This document shows positions 36,701-50,400 of a DNA stretch of 64,000 nucleotides, piece by piece. Every line of letters begins with the position of its first letter. The first letter of the stretch is position 1. Made by a program: the position numbers and the translations under genes. The stretch is from Amoebophrya sp. A120. Its lineage: Eukaryota > Protista > Dinoflagellata. The notes below the pieces were generated by a model. That model searched no databases. It had not been told where the DNA came from and saw nothing but the letters and a program-made list of their open reading frames with translations. The DNA lies in assembly GCA_905178155.1 (NCBI GenBank), contig CAJINV010000004.1:5930828-5994827 (forward strand). The letters run 5' to 3'.

Positions 36701-39700
36701 CTACCACCAGGGAGCCCGCGTCTCTGTCTGGTTGTTCGAGCTGCAGGTCGACGTGATGTTGGCCGTCACCTCCGTGCTCCGCATTTCGATTGATTGCAGA
36801 AGAGGCAGAGGACGCGGCTCCTTTGGACCCCGCGCGAGACGAGGTAGGTGTTTTACTTCCAGGTCGCTTATTATTCCTCGTACCGGTCAGTGGACGCTGC
36901 TGCTGCCCCCCTGAGTAGATTCCCTTCGGTGGATGTTGCTGCCCGCTCGCACCTGGGATTGGGAGTCTCTCTTCGTCCTCCTCCCCCACAGAGCGAAGCT
37001 TTTGCCTTATCTTCGCGGACCTTTCTTCTTTGTTCTGTTGTTTCCTTTTCAACAAGGGATCTTCCTGTTCCTTCGGTCGGTTCCTCTTCTTCGTAAGCGA
37101 TTGATTCTCGTCACTGTTCGCGTTCATGCCGCTCGCATCATTTTCATTTTCTTGCGGAAGTTGCTCTGCAATGGGCGGCGGAGATTCTTGACTCTCGTGT
37201 GCTCCTGGCGCTATGACGAGCTGTACGTCCTGTTCTTCTCCAACCTGGTTGTGCGCGACAGCACCAAGAGAAGCAGCATGATCTACTCCCGTCGCGGTCG
37301 CTGCTTCACCGGAAAGACCAACTACTGGTGCACGAGGACCCGCAATAGCGGCGCCGTCAGATGGTAGCCCTTTGTGGTGCTGGAGTGCAGCTACAACATT
37401 CTCGCCGTCTGTCGTTTCTCCACCAGTAACAGCGCCAGTACCCCTCTCTTGGTAGAACAAGTTTGCGTTTGCGCCGACCTTGGGTTTTTTCTTCTCGTTA
37501 TCACAGGAAAAAGTGTTAGCGCTAACGGATTTTGTGATGCAGTAATGCATCACAAAACGTGCCCATGCTAAAATTTGTCATGCATAGCATGCATGTTAGG
37601 CAAAATCTGTGATGCATATTTGCAATCTATGAAAACCGTTAAAGTTAAACACTTTTTTGTTTGATACTCGTCCTTTGGTCGCTCCTTGCGGATCGGCGCG
37701 GTTCCGGCTTCTTCCTCGGCCGCGAGCTGCGCCGCGCGCTCCGCCCGTGCGTCCTCGAAACCCTTCAGCGCCTTCCTCACCTTCTCTTCCCCCTTCGCTG
37801 CCGCGGGCGGTTCGGCCGGCGTCTTCGTGCCGACTAGATACCGGACGAAAACAACCCCGCCGTAAAACACCGCCTTTCGCCCGTCCTGCACCCCGCGGAG
37901 CTCCGCGGGCGATAAATCCACATCCCGCTTGCAGGTGACGAACCGCAGCATCTGCGCTCCTACCTCCTTCCACTGCAGGATCTGCTGCGCCGCCTTTTCT
38001 ATGGAATGCAAAATTATCATACTAGTAGAAATCGCATGAGAAATGTCCTCAGCATGAGAAATGGAATTTCAATTTCTGGTGCTGATTTACCTTGGGAATC
38101 AGATTTGTAATGGAAGATTGGCGCGATTACTACGAGTACGATATTTTTGCAGTGCATATTTTCGTACCGGCTCTTCCACATGGCGCAGGTTTTCGTCAGC
38201 GTCCGGATCTTCTCTTTTGCCGCGTCTAATTCCATATGAATTGCAAAAGTATCGTACTAGTAGTAATTGCATTACAAATTACCTCAGCATGACAAATGGA
38301 ATTTGCCATGCTGTTTTACCTCCTTGGGATGTAGATTTGTAATGCATAATTGCAATTACTACGAGTACGATACTTTTGCACAGGATATTCCACGCGGAGC
38401 TCGTTCGCCTCCTGCTCGGCAATCTTCTTGGCCTTGATGTACTTCTGGCAGTTGATATGCGAGTGCACAACTCCCTCTCCCCTTCATTTGAATGGCATTA
38501 ACAGCAACACAAATGCTGGCATAAATGCAGCCTTTGCATGACAAACTCGCGACCCAGTCCAGTGCTGTTTCGGCTTCCGAAATCTGTCATGCAAGATGTG
38601 CCAAAGAGAAAAGGGTGGACTTGGTATTTTGCATGACAAATGAGGGGGAGGGAGAGTTGTGCATTGTCGTAGTTGACGCACACCCCCTCCGCGGCCAGGG
38701 TCAGGTTCTCCCGCAAAATCTGAATCTCCCACTTTTTCGCCATCTCGGAGGTCTTCAGGTGCTCCACCTCGCGGTTGCGCTTCTGCAGCTGGTGCTGAAT
38801 GGTGTCCAGCTTTTCCGCCTGGAGGAGATGAAGGGGGAGCTGTCCTCCGCCGGCGCTGTCATCTCCGGGATCGAAAATTCTTGCTCCAGTGGCCGCTGGA
38901 CCTCCCGCAGTGGCGATATTATCGGCAACTTGGTCCACGAGGGCACCTTCAGCGGGCGGCGGGGAAGATGGTGTGGCAACAGCACCGTCCTCTAATTGGG
39001 GCGAGAGAGGAGCAACAGCGGGAGAAGTCCCACTCGCAGCAGATCCTGGGGACCATCCGGGCGGCGACGGCGTGCCGGATAGCGGTCGCTGTTTCCTCTT
39101 GGTACCCCCCCGACCCGTTGGACTACGACTACCTGCTGTGCTTTTTGCCATGACGGCGTCAGCCCCGGGTGAGGGATCTTCTCGCATCAAGACTTCCTTC
39201 TGGATGTCCCGTTCCTGCTTGGCCGTCAACTTCGTCGGCGATTCGCCCTGCACGTGCTGGTGGTACAGCAAATTGTTCCTTAGCACCGCGATTTCGCTCC
39301 GCGCCGTCTTCAGCTCTATTCGGAGGTCCATCTGCGCAGCGCGCTCCCGTTGCAGCCGTCGTTTCACCTCTTGCAGGGAGTTCAGAGCTTTTTCTTCCTC
39401 GCGATCGGAGGGGTTTATGTTCAAATTTGTTCCGAGGTTGTAGTTCATCGCACCATGCCCATGCACCTGAAGATGTGCTGCTACCCCTCCACCGGAGGTG
39501 TTGCTGTTGTAGTACTGTGTTCCATAAATGTGTTGCACGATTTTTCCCGCGCCGGCGTTGCTCAGGTTGTGGTCAAACTGGTAATTTTGCTTGCGGCGGT
39601 GGACGCGATTTGTTTGCTGCAACCGAATGTCAGACGAGGATGTGGCGCCCCTTGTTCCCGGCGCATTCCCATTCGGGTCCTCTTCTACCCAAGGCTGCCA

Positions 39701-39952
39701 CGAGTTCGGAAACTTTTCAAGATTCAACTGCGCCTGTGGACGACCACCTCGTGATGTACCAGTTGTAGTTGTATTCATACCGGAAGCACCAGTTGTGGCA
39801 GAGACCGGTCTGCGCCTCGGTCGCGTGGCTGCTGATGGTGGTCCACTGACAACTCCAGCACGCGCCGAAGCTGCGCTGGCTGGACGCGACGTGGGGAGTG
39901 GAGGCGTAACTCCGATCATGTGCTGCAGCTGCTGCGCAGGGTCCCGGCTCAT
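33719..39952 (-). CDS. Multi-exon coiled-coil hypothetical protein
   Basis: ATG at 39952 (MSRDPAQQ); heptad-rich exons (LQEVKRRLQRERAAQMDLRIELK; LNKLILENRVLKKVL) separated by 9 introners; acidic low-complexity exon 36104-37498; 3' end uncertain. Confidence 0.7.
33992..34243. mobile_element. Introner, family G
   Basis: Family G TIRs; TSD tcgcg/tcgct. Confidence 0.9.
34291..34603. mobile_element. Introner, family B
   Basis: Family B TIRs; TSD tgggt. Confidence 0.9.
35075..35251. mobile_element. Degenerate family A introner
   Basis: tatgcattgcaaaagt/acttttgcggacgata; TSD cctga/cctta. Confidence 0.8.
35336..35648. mobile_element. Introner, family B (reverse orientation)
   Basis: Reverse-complement homologue of 34291-34603; TSD catct. 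Confidence 0.9.
35935..36103. mobile_element. Introner, family H
   Basis: tat...ata ends; TSD agtcg. Confidence 0.82.
37499..37666. mobile_element. Introner, family I
   Basis: tatcacaggaaaaagtgtt/aacacttttttgtttgata; TSD ctcgt; homologous to 61562-61728. Confidence 0.88.
38000..38158. mobile_element. Introner, family A
   Basis: Family A TIRs; TSD ttttc. Confidence 0.9.
38235..38387. mobile_element. Introner, family A
   Basis: Family A TIRs; TSD ttcca. Confidence 0.92.
38456..38671. mobile_element. Introner, family D
   Basis: gtgcacaactccctc/gagagttgtgca; TSD gttga; right end is gta. Confidence 0.88.
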
Positions 39953-41465
39953 CTTGTGATCTTGAAATTTAATAATGTTGGTTCGTCTACTATGGTTCGC
40001 CTTTCATCAGTAGCACGAAAAGAAAAACGGCGGCGGCGCTTTGATGTTGATGGGCGCCATCAGACTTGTACAAAAGTAGGACCTTTCCTTGTTCTTTCTT
40101 TCCAGCACGGCAAATGCAACACAAATACCCCTCAATCGTCCACCTGGCCTCCATTAGAGCAAATTACAAAGGCGGTGATGAAATGGAAAAAACGAAACAA
40201 CGACTCGAGCGATTTTTAGTCGATCACGAATAAAAAAAGGCGACCGAAGCGAGGACAAAGAACGAAGACGACACGAGCTTCTAGAGGCACCAACGACAAT
40301 TTCTACTTGGTTGCGTCATCAACAAGATCAAGAGCTTCTAGGATCTTTTTCCAAGAATGAAAATTGGCCGCAACAACGCGTGCTATCAACGAAAAGGGCT
40401 TCTAGATGTTGTAGTTCTTGTCACTCAATTCAGGAAGTACTGAATGCCTTCGTATCTATCGACAATTCCTCTCGTGCGTGCAACTCTGAAATGGGTTAGG
40501 AAGTCGTCGAAACGTAATTCGCAACGACACGGCTCTTGTTGATCGTCATGCGTTTGATGATGAGGGTCCCAATAATTAGGTCTGCCGAGAAGTCCGTCGT
40601 TTTCTTCGTTCGGTAGGATGGGCGCTACGCGGATACGATGCGGAAATTAACATCAATGATGATGGGTGCTGCCGAAGACGAAACGTCACGCGTCACTGCT
40701 TCTCTTGGTGGGAGCATGCCATGCAGCCAGCCTCGTCGACCTCGTCAGCTGATTTAAGCGTCAGCTACCCTGACGCGGCTAGGGTTTTGCATTACTTTCT
40801 TTGTGGGCGTAATTGGGAATAATTGTCATGACGATTCTGGAGGTAATCCCAACGGGTTACGTTATGTCTTCCACGGGAAGTTTGCGGGTAGCAAGATGCT
40901 TATTTATTGGAAAGAAGCTGGTGGTAAATCAGAATGTTTTTGATTCTTAAAACTTGGTTAATAAGAGTTATCTCTGTGTAAAGTTCGAAAAAAAAATCGT
41001 GCAAGGCAATTTTTCAGGTTTAAGAGAATTTGTAGTCCGAAAGCGCTTTCAAATCAAATGTCTAAACGTATAAAAAGTCTTGGTGAGAGCATGAGCATGG
41101 AATGCTGAAGTCTTGTCTAAAATGTCTATAAAACTGAGCATATGAAGAAATGTACTATGGACTTTCGTGCCTGCAAATTCAATCGGTCAGGGTCAGGCTC
41201 ATGTTACTTATGTCTGTCATGCGAATTACCATGTTGGTTGTCAAAAACGGTTTATACGTGGCAAAGATAACGTCAATGAATTGACGTTCTTGTATGTCAA
41301 AATAAAAACAAAACCGAAAAAGTGTATGTTGTCAGAGTCAGAATCAATGAAAAAAAGCCTGTCAAAATAGAATGTGTCTTCAAACGAAACAAACTTCAAA
41401 TTGCATTTTACAAATTCCATCGCTCACGACGATAGATCTACAGTTGCATCTCCCCGATAATTTCG

Positions 41466-44400
41466 TCACCGTATCGCTTTCTTTCCCAGCAGCCCATTGA
41501 ATTTCGCGAAGGAGAAGAAATCCACGACGCTCATGGTGCCCAACGGCGCGAAATTGCGGAACAATTTTTCCGGGACTTGTGGGTCCAAATGTGGATCTCT
41601 GTAAATCCTTCTCAGCATCTTGTCGAACTCCTCGATTTCGATTTCCCCACTGCCGTCCTCGTCCACCTGTTCGAACATATCCCACAAATTCATCATGGTC
41701 CAACGCGGCACCTTCATTTTCGCCGCGAGCTCCTTGACCTGCTGCGTCTTCCAATCCAGTTCCACGTGCTCCAGCTTCTTCGCGGAAATTTCCTTCACTT
41801 TTTTAATCGATTCTCCCCACTCACCCGCGTAGAAGTTTGCGCGGAACTGCTCGTAGATGGTTTGGGTTTTGTTCTGCGTGGTGCTCCCTGTGTTGTTATG
41901 CTCTGCAAAAGTATCGTACTCGTACTAATTGCAATCATGCATGACAAATCTTGTTTCTTAGCCAAATCAGCATTACAAACTCCATTTCTCCTTCTGAGAA
42001 AATTTGTATTGCGATTTATACTAGTACGATGCTTTTGCAATGCATAGTTGTTCATCTCCTCCTTAAACGCCGCGTCGTCCGCAGTGGTGTTATCGAATGC
42101 AAAAATGTCTGGGTCTGGAAGATTTTGAGATTTGTCATGCTTGTCTGGCATGACCAAAAAGTTTGTGATGCGCGTCCAAGAAGAGCAGACCCTTTTGCCT
42201 GTCATGCAAAAACGCAGTTTGTCATGCGAAAAACGCAACACAAAAAGGCGCGGATGTTTCTCATGCTTGCCTGTGCATTACAGAGCATTCACTATTCCCA
42301 ACGCAGCATTACAAGTTTCCAGACCCAGACATTTTTGCATTTGATAGGTGTTCGGATCGATCAATTCCTGCCGCAGACCGGTTTTCGGATTCATCACGGC
42401 GACTTGGTCGATGATGTTGTTCACATTGTCCTGTTGCTGCTCCTCATTCTCGTCGCCGTCGTCATCGAACGGGTTCGTGCACTTGGCGAGCCGCTTTTTG
42501 ATCCTGTTCAACTCAAACGTCTGCCTACCCAAATCTTTCTTCAGCTTCAACGCCCTGCGCTCGAACGCCGCGAAGCTCCTTCTCTGGGCGAATAACACCT
42601 GCTGTAATTCTTGCGGCCCTAAATCGACTGGAATGACCGATTCCAGCGCGTTCTTCGCGAACTTCCGCTTCTCCGGGTCTGATCTTTGCAATAACGCTCT
42701 TCTCAAGTGTTCTCTCGTTTTCTCGAAGCTGTCCTTCTGCTTCTCGAACTCCTGAAACACCAGCCCATTCGGGTCGTGCATGGCGACGTGATACCCCGGC
42801 TTCCGCAGTAACACGGAGGGGGATCTATTCGTATTACTCACGTAGTCGTACCAGTCGAGTGCCACGTCGTTCGACTGCATCTTTTTCCGGTTCTTCCTTT
42901 GCTGGTTCAAAAACAACTGCTCCCTTCGCGCCGCGATCGCGCGGGCCTCCTTCTCCGCGTTCATTAGAAGCATGATCCGGGTCGGCGGTTTCCCTGTCTC
43001 CGCAATCATCTTCAACACCATCTGCTCCGCCTTGTTCGTCGAGATCGGAGCGGCGGGGGGAGAAGCGGCAGCAGCACCTGTCGGACTACCAGCACCTTGC
43101 TCCCCTACCCCTCCTGCAGCTGTCGCACTAGCTGTAGGCGAGGGAGCCGGCGCTTCCACTTGCAACGTCGTGGTCTTTTCACCGGACTCATCCAATTCTC
43201 CGGCGACCTCTTCGATCGGACTGGTGCCGGAAATTTCCGGGGAAATCGCGCGTTCGGGACTGCTGAGGCCATTCACTCCTGCTCCGGAAGTAGAACCACT
43301 ACTCCCACCTATCGCGGCGGATCTTTGCATCGCCCCGTTGTTCGCCCCAGACGTCGCCAATGTCGCTTTCCTCTTCGCGTCTTCCCTCATCTGGTCCTGG
43401 ATCATGGCTTGTTTTTCCCCCGGGGCGGACGGGTCGTGCACCGCGATCCGCAAGAAGTCTCGGCGCATCCTTGACCGGACCGCGGCTAACCCCGGCGTGT
43501 GAAAGCCCTCCCCGGCCGCTTTGGCCTTGATGTACTCGCGCTGATATAACTTCCCCAGCTCCGACTCCGGCGCGGGCGTCTTGTCGCGCGTAACGAAGTG
43601 CCGTTTCGGTAAAGGTCCGCGTCTGCGTAATTGCAAGTGCCGTAGTTTCCGTAACCGTTGCTGGCGGTCTTGTAAGTAACTCGCAAACTCGTCGAACGTG
43701 GCTTTTTGCAGGTCCAAGTAGCTCATCTCCGGAATTAAACTGTGCTCCCGATGGTGGTGCCGCAAGCTCGGGTATCAAATGCAAATGTGTCTGGGTCTGG
43801 AAGAATGCAGATTTTTGTCATGCTGTTTTGGCATGACACAAAACGTCTGTCATGGAAGCCCTAGCATCACAGATTTCGAGAAGCTTCCGCATTGCTTAAT
43901 CCGCATGACAAATCCCCCATTTTGGTGACAGGAAATGGGCAAATTTTTCTCTTGCTGCCTATGCATGAGAGATTTGTCTGTGTTGCGAAATGCGCACTAC
44001 AAGTTCGCTGCATCCTTCCAGACCTAGACATATTTGCAATGCATATCGGGTGCTCGTGCTCGAGAAGTTTCGCCGAGGATTGCTGCTCCACGGTCATGGC
44101 GGCTGCGCCACGTGTCGTTGTACTAGTGGCTGCACCTCCAGCAGTATTTGCTGTGCCTGTGTTTGGATTTGCTTTTCTAGTCCTGTTCTGCACCTCGTCC
44201 GCGCTGCTGAGCGCCCCTTCGGTCGACGAGTCGGTTCCACTGGAGGAGGAAGAGGAATTCTTGTTCTCAGTGCCAGCAGTACGACCCGTTGCACCATCAG
44301 CTGCCCCCGCACCACCTCCGGTGCTATCACTCTCGTCCCCACCAGCGGTTTGGCTGCTGGTCGGCCGGGCGAATAACGGTCCGAAGAGAGACTGTTTCAT

Positions 44401-47400
44401 CGCGGTCCTCAAATCTCGGGAGAAGATATTATCAGGACTGCTCCAGTTCAACTTCGGGACGCCAGGGTGGAGAAACGTGTTCTTCTTGTTGTTCTGCGGT
44501 ATGATTTCTACTGCCGCGGCTTCTCGATTTGTTGTAGTTCCCCGACTCGCGCGGTTGGCGACCTTCATCCAGCGGAAGATCGACCAAGTGTCCCGGTCGG
44601 CTTTGGTCTTCGGCGCAGAAGATGCCTTAGAATTTCCTCCACTGGTAGTTCCTCCGATTATCTCCTCATCGATCATGTCCAACCTTATCGGCTCCGCGAA
44701 CATGGCATAAGGATCACTAATATGCTGTGCAAAAGTATCGTCCTCGTACTAATGGCATTTATGCATTACAAATCTTCTTGTTAAGGCAAATCCGCATTAC
44801 ACATTTCATTTGTTGTAATGCTAAGCCAATTTGTAATGCCATTTATACTAGTTGTACGATGCTTTTGCATTACATAACTAATCGACTCCATCAAACTTGT
44901 CGTCCCGATCGCGGCGTCAAAATTCTCCTGCAAGTACTGCCCGGGGTTCGGGTGGTTTTGTGCGTTGGTAGTCAAGTGCTCCAACACCGTTTCAAACGGC
45001 ATCACGTGCTTCACCTCCTGCGGACGATCTAAGAAGTGCAACGTCGCGAGGTCCCGCCCCTGCTCGATCACCGTGCCGTGAATCCCGCGATTCCGTTCGG
45101 ACAGTGTCCGGAAAAACAGTAACCCCGCGAGATCGGCGTCGGAGACCAACCCGAGCTTCATGGTCGCTTTGTCACCCCGGTCCAAATACCGCTCTCGCGC
45201 TTCCTGCCAGATGTTCTGTACCAAATCCGGAAAGAACAGGTTGTGTACCGAGGGTAACGCGTTGCGGAACGCGGAACTGGGGATCACGGAATCGGGCGAG
45301 AAGCTGCCAATCACGCTGTTTGGTACGGTTTGTTCAATCCCCGCCGGCTTCCGGGCGCGGAAGGGCAGGTAAAATTGGACAAATAAGTCGCGGAACCGGA
45401 ACACCGCCTGCACCATGCCACTGTCTGTTAAACTTTGGCGGACCAGGAATTTCGGTAGCTCGTCCTCGACCAGTTGCTGCAGCGTCTCTTCGTTTTCCTC
45501 CTCTTCTTGTTTCTTCCTTTCGTCGAAATCACGCATGGCGTCCGCGAGGTTGCGCATCTCGTCTGCCATCTGGTTTCCGAAGGAGTTGTGCCTTGTTGGG
45601 TTGAATTTGTGCCCCATCGGGTTCACTAAGGAGAGGCTGGTGCTGGCGCCGAACGAGAGCGTTAACGTTCCCTCTAGCGCGGACTCCGTGGTGCCGCCAA
45701 ACGGACTGGTCGCGGAGGTTGCTGCGCCGCCGGGGGAAGAGGCCGCGCTGTGGTCACCCAACTGGACAATATTGTTCTTCCCTGTCGAAGGCGCGCTGGA
45801 CGTCGCGCCCCCGGGACTGCCGACGACCAGGGTGGTCTTCTTCATATTAGAACCGGGTCCAGCTTTCGGCACTGCAGATGATCCAGGAGCTGCAGCTGCT
45901 CCAGCGCTCGCTGATTTCGGCGTCTGCGCCTGGCCCAATCTCTTCCCCAGCTGCTTGAACCCGCCCGTTTTCTTCATCCGAGTCGCCATCTGGGACTCGA
46001 TCTTCCACTCCAACGTGGACGGGTCGGAATACCCGAGAAGAATTTGCAAATCGATGACGCCTCTCCCCTCCCGGTCAAGAGAATCGAAAAACATGTCGAA
46101 CGGGAGACCAAAGGACTGGAAGGTATCGATGTGCTCGTCGTTGAAGAAGCGTTTCAGATTTAACCTGTTGATCTGCGGCGACTTGGTCTCCACGACCGTC
46201 GTGACCCCCGCCACCATCGCCCTTTTTTCGATCAACAGGTCTTGGTACCGCAGAATTTCGTCCTTTTTCGCCCCCCAGGCGGCCGCGGCGCTGGGCGGGT
46301 TTAAAACGCGGCCAAGCGGGTAGCTGGACTCGCGCTTCGCAGATTTGAATTCCTGCTTCCACCCGTACAAGGGGAGCTCCCCGCACTCATTGTACAGCGG
46401 CCGGGCGAAATGCCCGAGACCACACCACTTGCTCTTACTCCGCAACCGCGCGCGCTGCCCGCCCAGTTCGCCGTGCTCGTCGCCAATGTGGAGATTAATC
46501 GGGTTGTTGAACTTGAAGCAGGGCTCGAACCGCTTCAACTTCCGCTTCCCCAGCGCCGGCCCGTGCTTCGCCAAATACTGTTTCGCGCGCTTCCGGGTGA
46601 GTTTGTGCTGCTGCATGGTCCGTTCCGTGATCCCCGGCTGCGGGTTGCGCAGTTTTAACCTCCCTCCCACGAAGTTGTACCCCCAGTTCCGGCCGTGGCG
46701 GGCGGTCACCACGTCCCGCTTAGTGTCTCGCCGCAGCTCGGCGTGCTTCTTCGGGTACCACGCGGCCAACTTCCAACTCGCTTCGTTCGGCCGGGAAAAG
46801 GGCCCCTGGAGCAGCTTCTTCGAGTGCATCTCGCCGTCCAGCGTGATCTATCAAATGCAAAAATGTCTGGGTCTGGAAGAATGCAGATTTTTGTCATGCT
46901 GCTTTTGCATGATGACACAAAATGTCTGTCATGTAAGCCCTAGCGTCACAGATTTCGAGAAGCTTCAGTATTGCTTAATCTGCATGGCGAATCCCTCATT
47001 TTGGTAACAGGAAATGGGCACTTTTTGCCTCCTATGCTTGAGAGATTTGTCTGTGTTGGGAAATGCGCATCAAAAGTACGCATCCTTCCAGACCCAGACA
47101 TATTTGCAATGCATATGATGGGAATGGTCCGGATGTTCGTGCCGTGCAGCAAATCCTTCCGCGGCACAATCCGCTGCATCGTGCCCCCGCCGGTGTAGCG
47201 GCACAACCGCGTGTAGACATGTTGTAATGTCCCGTAGCGGCTAGAAAAAGCGATTCTCACGGCTTCCTCCAACGTGATGCGGCAGAACTCCTCGGCTCCG
47301 TAGGGGGTTTTGGACTGTTCCACCACCTGTTTGAAGTACGCTTTCACCTCCTTCGCGACCGAGGAGCGGGAATTGACCATTTGAGAATTCCCCAAATCTA

Positions 47401-50400
47401 AACCAACAATCCGTTTCCGCACACTCGCTATGTACTGGGACGCCGATTTCTTCCCGCCTGCCTTCCGTTTCGCCGCGACAATCGCCAGCTCGGCCTTGCG
47501 GTCCTTCAGCTTCACGATCTTCATCCGGCCCTCTGCGCGCTGCCGCACGCTCATCGCGTTCGAGTCGCTCGTGAACCGCCACCTCGCGGCGGTGTCCGTG
47601 TAACCGGTTAACCGCGCAGAACGCAGCTTTCCTGACTTGTCACGGATCTTCTTCGGCTTCTTCGGCTTGTATTCCGGAGTTGTAGCTTGCTGGTGTTCCT
47701 CCAGCTCTTGAACCGAAACTCCCTTATTCCGCGTCTCAGCGTCGCCGTCAAGGTCCTGCTCCACCGCAGCTTCAGCCAGTCCCTCCGTCGTGTCCTCTAA
47801 AACGACGTACTCGTCTTCTAAGATCGTTTCCAGCTCCAGCGCCTCCTCATCTACATCGTCGGTGAATTCGGCCATAGAGGACGATAAAACCTCCTGCTCC
47901 GCGAGCTTTTTGATAAACTCGGCTTCCTCCGTCGCCTCGGGGAAGAGCTGCTTCTTCAAGTAGAATTTCGCCACCTCGCTGCACACCTGCACTTCTGCTA
48001 CTGATTCGACGTAGAGGTAGTTCCGCAGGTAGTCACAAGCCACGTTCAGGGCCTTCCACTGTTTCACATTATTTTTTCCACCAGTTGTGCTCACGACCAC
48101 ATTAGTCGTCGTTGTGTTCTTCGACGCAGCAGCAGGGGCAGCAGAATCAGAATCTCCAGCTGCGCGAGGGCTGACTGCACTCTTGTTCGGGCCTCCTGCT
48201 GTGCCGGAAAAATTTTTATCCTTGTTGTTGTTCCCCTTCGGCGTCCGCGGCTCGCTAGCGGTCGTAGTTCCCTCTTCTTCCTCGTCCTCTTGATCCTCTA
48301 ATTTGTTTTTTAATAGTTGAATGAAGAACGCGTCCGCCGCTTTCCACCTTTCCACGGTTGGAGGCCGGTCGTAGAAGAAGTTGGTCTGACCCTGCGCGGT
48401 CAGTTCCGCTACCTCGGGATAGGGGTGCGTCATGTCGTACTGCGTCCCGTCGATGGTCCCGCGCCCGATCTTCCCGATGAAGTGCTTGGCCTCCGCGTTT
48501 TTCAGTGTCAGTTGCGCCCCCTCGGTGGACAGATCCACTTTGTCCGCACCCATTTCCAACTCCGACCTCGGGGCGTTGATCCCGCCGGATTTCCGTACGT
48601 TCACGCCGGAAGACCGCGCGTCGTGCATGAGTCGCTCCTTTTGGACGACCACTTTATTGCTGTACCGCCAGGGGTCGTTCCGCACCCCGGTGTCGATGTC
48701 GAAGGTTTCGCGGGGGATTTTGATCTTGGCCACGTCCCCATCGGGCGTCCAATACATTCCCAACCGATTCATCTCCCACTCGCCACGCTTCTGGTGCGCG
48801 ATTCTTCTCTTTGCGTTTTCCACCGCCGCTAACCGCGCGCCCTGCGGGCCGGAACCCGGGTACTGAAGTTTGAGATATCCAGTAAAGTCCGCCATGACCG
48901 GTGCGGCCAGGTCCGCCTCCATCATGGCTTTTTCCAGTTGGGAATACAAAGTCTGCCCCTGCATCCGAACTCCGACGGGGGCGGGTTCGCGGTCGGAGTG
49001 ATGTTCGAGGTGTTTTTTCTTCTTGCTGGTCATCTTGGTAGAAGACGGATTGCCATGATTCCGAGTAGACGTAGACACGGCTCCTGCAGCAGCTCCAACT
49101 GGTGGAGAAGTTTTGATACTTCCGTCTTCGACAACTCGAACATGGCGTGTTGTACCTCCGGATGGACTACCAGCAAGAACCGGCGACACCGCCGTTGGCA
49201 GTGCATTCAAGTTGCGTTTCGTCAGTGGCGTGTGCACAATTTCCTGCCGGGACGAACCGAGATCTTCATTGTCGTGGCCCTGCTGCTCGTGGTTCTTAAA
49301 ACTTCTATCGACTTTGATTTCCGTCAAAGTTTCCTCCGGAGTGTGGTAAATCTCCTGCTGGTGCATCAACTGCGGACTGTTTTCAACTATTTTCCCTTTC
49401 GGCATCAACACTTCCAACGACGGATCTGGCCCGACCTCCGTCACATACGCTCCGTTCGGCTGCAACACTGGGACGCGGCGCAGCGTGGCGAAGGAGGGAA
49501 GTTCAGACGCGGAGTGGTCGCGCCGCTCCAGAGTTGGGAACAATTCCTTCCTCGGTGTCGTGGACAAAATTTCGCTTGCCAGGCTGTCGATCTTCCGGTG
49601 GATTTTTTCCTCCTCCGTCGCGTCCCGATCCAAACTGTCCACGAAGTGCACATTCGCGTTTTTGTCATTCGGCGATGGTTTGTTGTACAATCGTTTGTAA
49701 GGCGGCATAGAAATGTGGTGGTGTACGTGGATGATTTTTTCCCCGTGTGCGCCGACGTCGTTCGTGATTTTGTAACTCCCTGGCGGTTTTTTCTTCTCGT
49801 TGTTCAGCAAATCGGTTCTCAAATGCTCGCTCATGCGCTTATCATCCTTCGTCAACCCGCTGTGACCCTTTTCCTTCTGGTTTCTCTCCCTTTCCATCAC
49901 CGCTTTGTCTCCCATGCTGGTTCCGCCTCTCTGAAACGCCAAAAACCCGCCGACATCCTCTTCCTCGAGTTTCTGCCTGGAAATCTTCTGTCTTTCCCGG
50001 AGTTCATCCAGCTCTTTCTGCTGCTGTTGGAGGCGTTTTTGTTCCTGCTCCTCTTCATCGAGTTCCGTTTTCTGCAGAAACAGATCCACTTCCTCCAAGT
50101 CGTACGTGATCGCGTGGGGGCTCAAAGGGACTTGCCGTCCGAGGAGGTTCCACCGATGGTGAATGTTCGTTTCGTCAGCATCATCGCCAGCATTTTCGTT
50201 TAGTACCTCTGCCTGTCCCCACTGCCGCCCCAACCGCTCGCGCCTAAGCAGCTGTGAGAAAGGGGACGCGATGGGTTCCAGCTCGGTGATGCGGTTGAGC
50301 AGATGGTTAAAGGCTGGCTTGGCAAGCTGGTCAGCGTTATCATGCTCGGGAGCGGCGATTTCGGCGTCTGCGTCAGCACGACCAGCTTGTTGCTGATTCT

